A DNA stretch of 64,000 bases from Glycomyces tenuis DSM 44171 (GTDB lineage: Bacteria > Actinomycetota > Actinomycetes > Mycobacteriales > Micromonosporaceae). Location: the NCBI RefSeq assembly GCF_000427885.1, contig NZ_ATYW01000001.1, positions 147 to 64,146 of the forward strand, given 5' to 3'. Positions within the stretch are counted from its first letter, which is position 1; each line of letters begins with the position of its first letter. This document shows, piece by piece, positions 28,496-37,466 of the stretch. Below the pieces are notes generated by a model, which saw only the letters and a list, made by a program, of their open reading frames with translations, searched no databases and was not told where the DNA came from. The position numbers were made by a program, and so were the translations under genes.

Positions 28496-30898
28496 GTGCC
28501 CGGTTTCCGCTCCACACTGGCGAATGCGGCCGCGGGCTGCGACATCGCCGCGGCCCGGCTCGCCTCGGCCCGTCAGTGGCTCGGCGAGGCCGCCTTCAGG
28601 ACGCCGGTGGACCCGGCGCTCTTGGACGCCGAACGTCAGATATCCGACGCGGCCGCCGCCTCCGCCGCGCATCTGCGCGAAGACCCCGAGCTCCTGGCCG
28701 CCGGGCAGGTGCTCCTCCACGAAGGACGACGCTTCCCGCTCCTGGTGCCGTTCGGCGCGAGGGGCCACCTGGCGACGAGCGTCGACGCCCGCGTCGACGG
28801 CGTCGCCGCGCTGGTCAGGGCCGCGATCCTGCACACGCTGGCCCACCACGAGCCGGGGAAGGTGCGCGTGGCGGGCATCGACACCGCCACGCTCGGGGCG
28901 ACGTTCGCGCCGCTGCGGCCGCTCGCGGACGCGGGCGTCATCGAGGCCGTCGCCACCGACGCGCGCTCGGCGGCCGACGTCGTCGCGGCGGCCGAGACCC
29001 AGGTGTCCGAGAGCATCGCGGGGCGCCGCACCGACCGGCTGCTGCTGGCGATCGCCTCCCTCGGGGAGGCGCCGAGGACGCTCGTCGAACGCGTCCACGC
29101 GCTGGCGCGCTCGGGGCTCGCGCACGGCGTCACCGTCCTCGGCTGCGGGCTCCCCGAGCTGCCGCAGGCGACGGTGATGCACCAGGCGGGCGAGCGCGTC
29201 GAAGTGTCCAACCCGCCCGCGGCGCCGATCTCGCGCGGCGAGCGGCTGGCCGCGCCGGTCGCCTGGCCCGAGGGCGCCGCCCCCTCCTATCTGGCCGGCG
29301 AGGCCGCGCGCCTGGCCGAGCGCGCCAGGGCCGCGGCGACGCTCACCTTCGACGACCTCATCCCCGACGTCCCGCTCGGCGAGGACCCGTCGAGCGGTCT
29401 GGAGGTCCTGATCGGGCGCGACGCGGCCGGGGAGGTGCGGATGCGCTTCGACGACGCCACGCCGCACTGGCTCGTCGGCGGGCGCACCGGCGGCGGCAAG
29501 ACGGTGTTCCTGCTCGACGTGCTCTACGGGCTGGCCTCGCGCTACTCCCCCTCCGACCTGGCGCTGTTCCTGCTCGACTTCAAGGAGGGCGTCTCGTTCA
29601 CCGAGTTCATCCCCACCGAGCGGGACGACACCTACATCCCGCACGCCCGCGCCGTCGGCGTCGAGTCCGACCGGGAGTACGGGCTGGCGGTGCTGCGGGC
29701 GCTGAACGAGGAGATGACGACCCGGTCGACGGTGATGAAGCGCTACGGCGTGGCCGGTTTCGCGGGGCTGCGGCGCCACGAGTCGTATCCGAGGATCGTG
29801 TGCGTCGCCGACGAGTTCCAGGTGCTGCTGGCCGGGAACGACAAGGTCGCCTCCGAGGCCGTCGCGCTGCTGGAGAACCTCGCCCGCAAGGGCCGCTCGT
29901 ACGGCGTGCACCTGGTGCTGGCCTCGCAGACGATCTCGGGGATCGAGGCGCTGTGGTCGAAGAAGGACTCGATCTTCGGGCAGTTCCCGATGCGCGTGGC
30001 GCTGCCGGGGGCGCGGACGATCCTGGAGCCGAACAACGACGCGGCGACGCGGATCTCGCTGGGGCAGGTGGTGGTCAACACCGAGGGCGGCACCGCCGGG
30101 GCCGACCGGGTGGCGCGCTTCCCCGACACCGACGCCGAGGTGATGCTGCGGCTGCGCGAGCAGCTGCGGGCCGCGCACTCGGACTTCGGGGCGCCGCGCG
30201 TGTTCTACGGCTACCGTCCCGTGCACTTCGCCGAGACGCTGCCAGGCGAGCGCCGGCCCGGCCGGGTGCTGCTCGGCCGCGAGGTGTCGCTGCGGCTCGA
30301 GGCCGCGGGCGTCGACCTCGACGCGCGGCCCGGCCGCCACCTGGCGATCCTCGGCTCCGACCCGGCCGGCGGCGAGGCGCTGGAGGCCGCGGCGCAGAGC
30401 CTGGCGTACCACGCCCCGCCCGAGCGGGAGGTGTGGGCGGTGGACTTCACCGAGGGCTACAACCTGCCGAACATCGGCTACAACCTTCCCCCTGGGGACT
30501 TCGCGAGCAAACTTCCCGAAGTCCCCGACAACACCGTGATCCTGGCGTGGGGCCTCGAAGCGGCCTCGCTCGACGTGAAGGGGCAGCAGGCGCTTCGGGC
30601 GCTGCTGCGCACCGGCCCCGCCCGCGGCGTCCACCTGCTGGCCTGGTGGCGGATCTACCGCCGCTTCCTCGACGACATCGGCGGCACCGCCGGACGCGAG
30701 GACGTCGCCTGCACGCTCGTGCTCAACCTGCCCGGATCCGAGCTCTTCGGCCACTTCGGGCAGCAGTTCCAGCACTGGAGCCCGCGCCCGGGGCGGGCGC
30801 TCCTGATCGACCGCCACGCCGACACCGGCTCGGGCCGCCTCATCGTGCCCTTCACCCGCCCCTCGGCCGGGGCGACCACGGAAAGGGACCGCGTGTGA
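28496..30898 (+). CDS. FtsK/SpoIIIE-family ATPase, cytoplasmic, three P-loop-like domains with only the central one canonical
   Basis: Central domain WLVGGRTGGGKTVFLLDVLYGL (Walker A)...IVCVADEFQVLLAG (Walker B)...LVLASQTISGI. Flanking domains are degenerate. No TM segment. RBS GAGGAGG plus GTG start. Confidence 0.85.
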   Translation: MPGFRSTLANAAAGCDIAAARLASARQWLGEAAFRTPVDPALLDAERQISDAAAASAAHLREDPELLAAGQVLLHEGRRFPLLVPFGARGHLATSVDARVDGVAALVRAAILHTLAHHEPGKVRVAGIDTATLGATFAPLRPLADAGVIEAVATDARSAADVVAAAETQVSESIAGRRTDRLLLAIASLGEAPRTLVERVHALARSGLAHGVTVLGCGLPELPQATVMHQAGERVEVSNPPAAPISRGERLAAPVAWPEGAAPSYLAGEAARLAERARAAATLTFDDLIPDVPLGEDPSSGLEVLIGRDAAGEVRMRFDDATPHWLVGGRTGGGKTVFLLDVLYGLASRYSPSDLALFLLDFKEGVSFTEFIPTERDDTYIPHARAVGVESDREYGLAVLRALNEEMTTRSTVMKRYGVAGFAGLRRHESYPRIVCVADEFQVLLAGNDKVASEAVALLENLARKGRSYGVHLVLASQTISGIEALWSKKDSIFGQFPMRVALPGARTILEPNNDAATRISLGQVVVNTEGGTAGADRVARFPDTDAEVMLRLREQLRAAHSDFGAPRVFYGYRPVHFAETLPGERRPGRVLLGREVSLRLEAAGVDLDARPGRHLAILGSDPAGGEALEAAAQSLAYHAPPEREVWAVDFTEGYNLPNIGYNLPPGDFASKLPEVPDNTVILAWGLEAASLDVKGQQALRALLRTGPARGVHLLAWWRIYRRFLDDIGGTAGREDVACTLVLNLPGSELFGHFGQQFQHWSPRPGRALLIDRHADTGSGRLIVPFTRPSAGATTERDRV

Positions 30899-31521
30899 GC
30901 GCCTTCGACGACTACCTCGCCCAGCTGAGGCGCCTCGACGAGGCGCGGCGCGGCGCCGACGAGGCCGCCGCGCGCTCCGCCTCGGTGACCGAGTCGCTGG
31001 GGCAGCGGACCGAGCGGCTCGCCGAACAGGCCGCCTCGCAGCGCGCCGCCGTCGACGAACTCGCCCGCGCCGCCCGCACCGAGCCGCCCCCGCGCGTCGC
31101 CGGGGCGCCGCTCGGCGGCGACCCGGCCGTCGAGATCGACGCCGCCGAGGCCGACCTGCAAACGGCCGCGACCGAACTCGAAGACGCCCGCTTCCTGGCG
31201 CACCGGCCGCCGTGGCTGCCGCGCTGGCGCACCGACGAGCGCAACGGCCTCGTCTACGGCCTGTTCGCGCTCGCCTCGCTGCTGGTGCAACTGCTGGTGC
31301 TGCGGCTGGTGAAGGCCGACGACCTGATGGGGGCGATCGTGCTCGCCGCGGTCGTCGTCGCCTGCCCGCTGCTGGCGTTCGCCTTGGCCTGGTTGACCAT
31401 CGGGGTGACCTCGCGCCCGCGCATCACCGACGAGGAGAAGAAGCTCGAACGCAACTTCCGCCTCGGCCTGGTGCTGTGCGGCTCCACGCTGATCGTCTCC
31501 TGCTTCGGCTTCTTCAGCTGA
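30895..31521 (+). CDS. Membrane protein translationally coupled to the FtsK-like ATPase (GTGA overlap)
   Basis: VSAFDDYLAQLRRLDEARRG... coiled-coil N-terminus, then three TM segments (LVYGLFALASLLVQLLVLRLV; AIVLAAVVVACPLLAFALAWLTIGV; LGLVLCGSTLIVSCFGFFS). Confidence 0.6.
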   Translation: MSAFDDYLAQLRRLDEARRGADEAAARSASVTESLGQRTERLAEQAASQRAAVDELARAARTEPPPRVAGAPLGGDPAVEIDAAEADLQTAATELEDARFLAHRPPWLPRWRTDERNGLVYGLFALASLLVQLLVLRLVKADDLMGAIVLAAVVVACPLLAFALAWLTIGVTSRPRITDEEKKLERNFRLGLVLCGSTLIVSCFGFFS

Positions 31522-31615
31522 GCCCCTTGGGTTGTCGGGAACCCGACAGATGCCGGTCGGTGGCGCGCCGTGTCGTTAGGCCGGTGTTCGAACGAGCGCT
31601 CGTAATGTCCCGGCC

Positions 31616-32190
31616 GTGACCACTTATGAGCACGAAGCGCCTTTGCGGCTGCTTCAAGACAACCCGAAGCTCGCCGAAGAGCTGTACTGCGGGCTGCTCG
31701 GCCAACGCCTCCCGGACTACACCGACGTCAGATCCGGTTCGGAGGCGATGACCCGCGGCGACGACGCGGTCATTCGCAACTGCGACAACGTCGCGGTCTA
31801 CTACTTCGGTGAAAAGCCGGCCTTCGCGCTGCTCTTCGAGGTGCAGCGCGGTAAGGACAACGACAAGCACTACAGCTGGCTCGACTACATCGCATCGGCG
31901 CGGACCCGACTCCAATGCCCGGTGGCGCTGGTCGTGATCACCTTCGACGAGGCCACGGCCAGGTGGGCGAACTCGCCCATCGAGACGGGCCATCCGGGCC
32001 TCATCTTGCACCCGCTGGTCATCGGCCCGGACCAGATCCCGGTCATCACCGACCCCGATGAAGGACGCGAGAACGTCTCAGTGGCACTGCTCTCGCTCGT
32101 CGCCCACGGCGGCGGCGATCGGGGCGGCGACGTCATACGGGCCTACTACGAAACCATCCGAGGATTCGACCGGACACTCTGGTCGCGATA
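31616..32190 (+). pseudogene. Rpn/YhgA-like PD-(D/E)xK nuclease-like gene, N-terminal part, truncated by the IS insertion
   Basis: ...NVAVYYFGEKPAFALLFEVQRGKDNDKHYSWLDYIASARTRLQCPVALVVITFDE... follows the Rpn layout (LIEhQS-like block ... PVxxIVxY). Recognisable similarity ends near nt 32190, where the ORF runs antisense into the tnpB 3' end. Confidence 0.5.
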
Positions 32191-33560
32191 CGGTCAACTA
32201 CCCCGGGTTGAGGCCCAGGGCTTGTCGCTCGTGTCCGCCGCTGGATTGCGGCGTATCGGCGACAATGGGCTGGTTGACGACAGCCCAGGTCATGCGTGCG
32301 CGGTCTCGGATGTTGACCGCGGCTACCCGGTCGGCGGGTCCAGCGAGTCCGCACCCCCGACAGGCGAAATAGTCTCTGGTGGGCCGGTTGGCCTTGGTGG
32401 TGTGCCCGCACCGCGGGCACCTCCGTGAGGTGTTGTGGGCGTCGATCACGACCACCGGCACCCCGGCCCGGCGTGCTTTGTAGGTGATGAAGGCCTGGAG
32501 TTGATGGAAGGACCACGCGTTCAGCTCGCCTCGCTGGGCGGCTGGGAGCCGTACCCGGTCACGGATGCCTTTGAGGTCTTCAAGCGCGATGCCGCGACCG
32601 GTGCGTTCAGCCTTGCCTACGAGCTGTTTCGCGATCCGGTGATTGACGTCTTTGACCGCCCGTGCCTCCCGGCGAGCGCGGGCCTTGAGTTTCTTCTTCG
32701 CCGATTTGGTGGCCTTGGCTTGGAGTTCGGCGCGGACTTTCGCCATCCGTTTGCGGTAGCGTCGGAGCCCGGTGCCGCAGTGATTGTCGCCGTCAGAGGT
32801 GGTGGCGATGTTGACGATCCCCATATCCACGCCGAGGAAATCGGCCGGGGCGGTGTTCGGTTCGCCATCAGGGATGTCGACCGTGGCCAGCAGGTACCAG
32901 TGCCCGTCGCGGAACATCAGGTCGGATTCGCCCTGGCGGTGGCGCTCCAAGGTTTTGAGGTGGTCGACATGGCCGGTGAAGGCGATGCCGCGCATCCGGC
33001 CCCTGATGGTCCAGATGGAGATGGTGCGTGTGTCGTGCTGCCACGATAGGCACCGGTCATCGAATGCTTGGGCCGCATCGGGGCGGAAGGCGATCGGCTT
33101 CGCCCTCGCCTTCGCCGCGCGTCTGCCCTGCAGCCGCCCAGCTGCGATGAGCCCGGCGATGGTGGTGTAGGCGTGGCAGGTTTTCTTGATGACCAGTTGC
33201 GCGATCTGTGAGCCGAGCCCGCGGTCCTTGAGATGGGTGTAGGTGTGCTGGCGCAGCGCGTACTCCCGCGGCACCCCATGCCGGTAGGCCACGCCCGAAG
33301 CCCAGTTCGCGGCCTCGTTCACCGCGCGCAGGGTCTGCTCCAGCGCCCGCGCCTGTTCCGGCGTCGGCACCAGCTTCACCTGCACGACCTGCTTGCCCAC
33401 ACATGCAACGGTAGCTACCAGGTCCGACAAGAACACCGATCCCGGCTCCGATCACTCAGTGCCATCCAGGCCGCTCATTGCTCACAGACCCACCCCGTGG
33501 GATCGTGAGCAGGCGATCACCACAAATTCCTCCACGGAGTGGAACCCCATGGGACCCTTT
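32180..33560 (-). mobile_element. IS200/IS605-family TnpB-only element (IS1341-like), ends approximate
   Basis: tnpB at 32198..33436 with no tnpA. Imperfect subterminal hairpin ctcacagacccac...gtgggatcgtgag at about 33497-33525. The element separates two halves of an Rpn-like gene. Confidence 0.6.
32198..33436 (-). CDS. tnpB: TnpB (IS605 OrfB-family RNA-guided endonuclease)
   Basis: 412 aa. The RuvC-like split motifs are GVDMGIVNIATTSDGDNH and VVVIDAHNTSRRCPRCGHTTKANRPTRDYFACRGCG (zinc finger) ... ADRVAAVNIRDRA. Confidence 0.85.
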   Translation of the reverse strand: MFLSDLVATVACVGKQVVQVKLVPTPEQARALEQTLRAVNEAANWASGVAYRHGVPREYALRQHTYTHLKDRGLGSQIAQLVIKKTCHAYTTIAGLIAAGRLQGRRAAKARAKPIAFRPDAAQAFDDRCLSWQHDTRTISIWTIRGRMRGIAFTGHVDHLKTLERHRQGESDLMFRDGHWYLLATVDIPDGEPNTAPADFLGVDMGIVNIATTSDGDNHCGTGLRRYRKRMAKVRAELQAKATKSAKKKLKARARREARAVKDVNHRIAKQLVGKAERTGRGIALEDLKGIRDRVRLPAAQRGELNAWSFHQLQAFITYKARRAGVPVVVIDAHNTSRRCPRCGHTTKANRPTRDYFACRGCGLAGPADRVAAVNIRDRARMTWAVVNQPIVADTPQSSGGHERQALGLNPG

Positions 33561-33597
33561 ACGAACCAAACTGAATACGCGCTTCAAGGAGATCAGT

Positions 33598-33854
33598 TCA
33601 TGCTTCTGCAGGAGATCATCATGAGCGACACCGCGCTCCCCAACACCTACCGGCTGGGACTCTTCGGTGAGAAGTACCGCGAAGGGAAGGCCGAGGGCGA
33701 GCGCACCGCGCTGAACCTGTATCTCGAACTCCGCGAGATCCCCGTCTCCGCGGCCGTACAGACGCGAATCGACTCCTGCGACGACGCCGAGCGGCTGAAA
33801 GCGTGGCTCGCCGAGCTGATCCGGACCGACAGCGTGGACCACATCCGGGACTGA
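33598..33854 (+). pseudogene. DUF4351-like C-terminal fragment of the Rpn-like gene, displaced by the IS
   Basis: ...LFGEKYREGKAEGERTALNLYLELREIPVSAAVQTRIDSCDDAERLKAWLAELIRTDSVDHIRD fits the DUF4351 C-terminal pattern (FG.lp..v..ri...d...L..W...ll). Confidence 0.45.
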
Positions 33855-34344
33855 GCCGCGGCTCGACGATCGCTGCGAGTTCCGCTTCATCGCAGACGGC
33901 ATGTAACGGCGCGGTCTCCCGGCGGGGAGCCGCGCCGTCCGCTCTGCGGCGCCTGACGAGGTAGGCCAGGCCGATCACGGGCAGGACCAGCGGGACGAAG
34001 CCGTAGCCCGAGCCGAAGTGCGACCACACCGACGCCTCGGGGAACCAGTCCTCCACCGCGTAGCTCAGCGCCCCGACGCCCACCACTCCGGCCAGCTCGA
34101 CGCTCACCGCCGCCAGCGCGAGACCTGCCGCGCCGCGCACGATCGCGATCGCCGCGACGAGGTAGATGAACGCGGCGACCGCGCTGAGGGAGTAGCTGAT
34201 CGGGGCATGGTCGAACTTCGTCGCGATCTGATACCCGGCCCGCACCCCCGCCGAGACCGCGAAGACGACGTAGACCAGGACGACGAGCCTGCCGAAACCG
34301 GCCGACAGGGAGCGCCTCGCGGGCGCGGTCTCAGGCGACGACAT
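33619..34344 (-). CDS. Hypothetical membrane protein (4 TM); C-terminal extent uncertain
   Basis: MSSPETAPARRSLSAGFGRLVVLVYVVFAVSAGV...AVAAFIYLVAAIAIV...LALAAVSVELAGVVGVGAL...FVPLVLPVIGLAYLV. No stop until 33619, so the tail may be spurious read-through opposite the DUF4351 fragment. Confidence 0.4.
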   Translation of the reverse strand: MSSPETAPARRSLSAGFGRLVVLVYVVFAVSAGVRAGYQIATKFDHAPISYSLSAVAAFIYLVAAIAIVRGAAGLALAAVSVELAGVVGVGALSYAVEDWFPEASVWSHFGSGYGFVPLVLPVIGLAYLVRRRRADGAAPRRETAPLHAVCDEAELAAIVEPRLSPGCGPRCRSGSARRATLSAARRRRRSRFASVRPRRRGSRGVRDTGSARCARPRPSLRGTSHRRVPAGRCWGARCRS

Positions 34345-34701
34345 CGATCTGGTGCTCCCAGATCTGGTGGACGCGCAGCATCAGCGCGGCCACGATCAGG
34401 CAGGACGCGGCGACGGTGCCGATGCCCCAGCGGCTGCGGTCGATCGAGCCCCAGAAGAGGGCGGCGACCGGGACCAGCAGCGTGGTGACGAGGTAGGAGA
34501 AGAACAGGGCCTTGCCGCCGCCCTCGGCGCCCGGCACCACGATGATCGCGGTGACCAGCTGGGCGAGCAGCAGCACCTCCAGGACGCCGACGCCCACGAC
34601 GTTCGCGCGGCCGACCTCCTTGGACCGGGCGGTGTCGACGAAGAACCACGCGGCCAACGCCAGCGCGGCGGCCTGCGCCGCGAGGTAGAGCCATTCGATC
34701 A
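34331..34701 (-). CDS. Hypothetical small membrane protein (3-4 TM)
   Basis: GTG start. VIEWLYLAAQAAALALAAWFFV...VGVGVLEVLLLAQLVTAIIVV...FFSYLVTTLLVPVAALFWGSI...AASCLIVAALMLRV. Confidence 0.5.
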
Positions 34702-34819
34702 CGCCACCGACGCTAGCCCAGGGACGGAAGCGGGCGGCAGGACGTCCTCGTCCGCGTGAGGTGGCCGCCGGGCGGCGAGACGTTCGGCGCGGACGCCCCC
34801 CGCGACTAGACTTCGCGGC

Positions 34820-35386
34820 ATGGCTGATCTCACGCACGTCGACCCCTCGGGCGCGGCCCGCATGGTCGACGTCTCGGAGAAGGACGTCTCGGCGCGCCTG
34901 GCGCGGGCGAGCGGGCGGCTGCTCACCACCCCGGAGGTGGTGTCGGCGCTGCGCGAGAACTCCCTCGCGAAAGGCGACGCGCTCGCGACGGCGCGCATCG
35001 CGGGGATCATGGCGGCCAAGCGGACGCCGGACCTGGTGCCGCTGTGCCACCCGATCGCGATCAGCGGCGTGAAGGTCGACCTGACCGTGACCGACGAGGG
35101 CGTCGACATCGCCGCGCGCGTCAAGACCGCCGACCGCACCGGCGTCGAGATGGAGGCCCTGACGGCGGTGTCGGTGGCCGGGCTTACCTTGGTGGACATG
35201 GTCAAGGCACTGGACCCGGCCGCGCAGATCACCGACGTCCGTGTCGAGGAGAAGCTCGGCGGGAAGACCGGCGAATGGCGGCGCGAAGCGCCTCAGGTTC
35301 GGGGGAGCGAGCGGTTGGGCGGGGCGACGGGCGAGGGCCGGCGCGAAGCGCCTCGGGAGACGGGCGGGGACGCATGGCAGCGATAA
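34820..35386 (+). CDS. moaC: Cyclic pyranopterin monophosphate synthase MoaC
   Basis: MADLTHVDPSGAARMVDVSEKDVSARLA...PLCHPIAISGVKVDL...EMEALTAVSVAGLTLVDMVK. Confidence 0.9.
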   Translation: MADLTHVDPSGAARMVDVSEKDVSARLARASGRLLTTPEVVSALRENSLAKGDALATARIAGIMAAKRTPDLVPLCHPIAISGVKVDLTVTDEGVDIAARVKTADRTGVEMEALTAVSVAGLTLVDMVKALDPAAQITDVRVEEKLGGKTGEWRREAPQVRGSERLGGATGEGRREAPRETGGDAWQR

Positions 35387-35865
35387 GCGCCGTCGTCGTG
35401 GTGGCATCGAATCGGGCCGCCGACGGCGTCTACGAGGACACCTCCGGGCCGATCCTGGTCGAAGGCTTCGCCGAGCGCGGCTTCAACGTGGCCGGACCGG
35501 TCGTGGTCCACGACGGCGACGAGGTCGAGCAGGCGCTGCGCGACGCGGTGGACGACGGCTACGACCTCGTCGTCACCTCCGGCGGCACCGGCCTGACCTC
35601 CACCGACCTGACCCCCGAGGCCACCAGCCGCGTCGTCGACTTCGAGGTCCCCGGCATCGCCGAGGCCGTCCGCGCCGCCGGGCTCGCCAAGACCCCGCAC
35701 GCGGCGCTCTCGCGCGGCATCTGCGGCGTCGCCCGCCGCACCCTCATCGTCAACGTCGCCGGATCCACCGGCGCCGCCAAGGACGCGCTCACCGTCCTCA
35801 CCGTCGAACTGCTCGAGCACGCCGTGTCGCAGCTGCACGACGGCGACCACGAGAGGAACGACTGA
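35374..35865 (+). CDS. moaB: MoaB/MogA-family molybdenum cofactor biosynthesis protein
   Basis: MAAISAVVVVASNRAADGVYEDTSGPIL...DLVVTSGGTGLTSTDLTPEA...PGIAEAV. Overlaps the moaC 3' end. Confidence 0.8.
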   Translation: MAAISAVVVVASNRAADGVYEDTSGPILVEGFAERGFNVAGPVVVHDGDEVEQALRDAVDDGYDLVVTSGGTGLTSTDLTPEATSRVVDFEVPGIAEAVRAAGLAKTPHAALSRGICGVARRTLIVNVAGSTGAAKDALTVLTVELLEHAVSQLHDGDHERND

Positions 35866-37028
35866 TGCCCATCGGCTGGGCCGAGGCCCGCGAGACCGCA
35901 TGGCGGGCCGGATACGACGGCCGCAGGCCCGCCGCCGTGCTGCCGTTCGGCGAGTCCGTCGGCTCGGCGCTGGCCGCGCCGCTCACCGCCGCCTCCGACC
36001 TGCCCGCGTTCCCGACCTCGGCCGTGGACGCGTGGGCGGTCGCGGGCGAGGGCCCCTGGCGCGTCACCGGCGCCGAAGTGCTGGCCGGATCGGTCCCGGC
36101 GCCCATCGGGCCCGGCGAGGCCGTCAAGATCGCCACCGGCGCTCAAGTGCCCGCGGGCTGCGAGGGGCTCATCCGCCTGGAGCACGCCGAGCTCAGCGGC
36201 GAGACCGTCACCGGCCCGGCCGCGCGCGAATGGCGCGAGACCGGCGAGGAGGCGAAGGGCGGCGAGGTGATGCTGCCGGTCGGGACGCCGATCTCGCCGC
36301 CGGTCATCGGGCTCGCCGCCGCCGCGGGGCACTCGGCGCTGCCCGCCCACCCCAGGCCGCCCGCGCGCGTGGTCGTCTTCGGCGACGAGCTGCTGACCAG
36401 CGGAGCGTCCCGCGACGGGCGCGTGCGCGACTCGCTGGGGCCGATGATCCCCCACATGCTCGACGCGGCGGGCGCCGACGTCGCCGCCGAGACGCTCGGG
36501 CCGGTGGCCGACACGCTCGCCGAGCACGTCGCGGCGCTGCGCGCCGCCACCGCCGAGGCCGACCTCACCTGCACCACCGGCGGGACGATGGTCGGCCCGG
36601 TCGACCACCTCCACGCGGCCCTCGAGGAGATCGGCGCGGACTACCTGGTCAACACCGTCTCAGTCCGGCCCGGCTTCCCCATGCTGCTGGCGCGCACGAA
36701 GGACGGCCGGTTCATCGCCGGGCTGCCCGGCAACCCGCAGTCGGCGGTCATCGCCGTGGTGACACTCGTCGTCCCGCTGCTGGCGGGGCTGCGGGGTCTG
36801 CCGCTGCCGCCGCTGGGCTCGATCGAGCTCGCCGAGCGCGTGCCCGGGCGCGGTCCGGCGACGCACCTGGCGCTGGTCGACGCGGCGGGGAACCGGCTCC
36901 CGCATCACGGCTCGGCGATGCTCCGCGGCCTGGCGAACGCGGCCGGCTTCGCCGTCGTCGAACCCGAGAGCGAGGCGCGCGCCGGGCAGCGCGTCCCGCT
37001 CGCGACGGTCCCGGGGGTGCGGTCATGA
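35865..37028 (+). CDS. moeA: Molybdopterin molybdotransferase MoeA
   Basis: ...LTCTTGGTMVGPVDHLHAALEEIGADYLVNTVSVRPGFPMLLA...GLPGNPQSAVIAVVTLVVPLL. TGATG overlap with moaB. Confidence 0.85.
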   Translation: MPIGWAEARETAWRAGYDGRRPAAVLPFGESVGSALAAPLTAASDLPAFPTSAVDAWAVAGEGPWRVTGAEVLAGSVPAPIGPGEAVKIATGAQVPAGCEGLIRLEHAELSGETVTGPAAREWRETGEEAKGGEVMLPVGTPISPPVIGLAAAAGHSALPAHPRPPARVVVFGDELLTSGASRDGRVRDSLGPMIPHMLDAAGADVAAETLGPVADTLAEHVAALRAATAEADLTCTTGGTMVGPVDHLHAALEEIGADYLVNTVSVRPGFPMLLARTKDGRFIAGLPGNPQSAVIAVVTLVVPLLAGLRGLPLPPLGSIELAERVPGRGPATHLALVDAAGNRLPHHGSAMLRGLANAAGFAVVEPESEARAGQRVPLATVPGVRS

Positions 37029-37438
37029 TCCGCGTGCGAATCGCCGACACGGCGATCGATGCGGCGGAGCACGAGCGGGCCGTCTCGCTCGACGTCACCG
37101 GTGCCGTGGTCACGTTCTCGGGGAACGTGCGCGACCACGACCACGGCAGGGGGGTCACGGCGCTCGGTTACGAGGGCCACCCGTCGGCCGAGGCGATCCT
37201 GCGCGAGATCGCCGAGGAGATCGCCGCGCGGCCCGGCGTCCACGGCGTCGCCGTCTCGCACCGGGTCGGCGACCTCGCGATCGGCGACGCGGCGCTGGTC
37301 GCCGCCGTCTCGGCCGAGCACCGCAAGGAGGCGTTCGAGGCCTGCGCGGACCTCGTCGACGAGGTGAAGGCGCGGCTGCCGATCTGGAAGCACCAGTTCT
37401 TCGCCGACGGCGGCGACGAGTGGGTCAACTGCCCCTGA
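37025..37438 (+). CDS. moaE: Molybdopterin synthase catalytic subunit MoaE
   Basis: MIRVRIADTAIDAAEHERAVS...VTFSGNVRDHDHGRGVTALGYEGHPSAEAIL...KARLPIWKHQFFADGGDEWVN. ATGA overlap with moeA. Confidence 0.85.
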   Translation: MIRVRIADTAIDAAEHERAVSLDVTGAVVTFSGNVRDHDHGRGVTALGYEGHPSAEAILREIAEEIAARPGVHGVAVSHRVGDLAIGDAALVAAVSAEHRKEAFEACADLVDEVKARLPIWKHQFFADGGDEWVNCP

Positions 37439-37466
37439 TCCAGCACCCGATGCGAAGGAGACGCGG

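Noticed and set aside
28496-30898. Canonical EccC/EssC T7SS ATPase
   Set aside because: No N-terminal transmembrane/DUF region and only one canonical P-loop. Kept as FtsK/SpoIIIE-family with a possible coupling role.
27362-31521. 1151-aa minus-strand and 1032-aa plus-strand alternate-frame ORFs over the FtsK-like region
   Set aside because: GC-frame artefacts. The real genes are 28496..30898 and 30895..31521.
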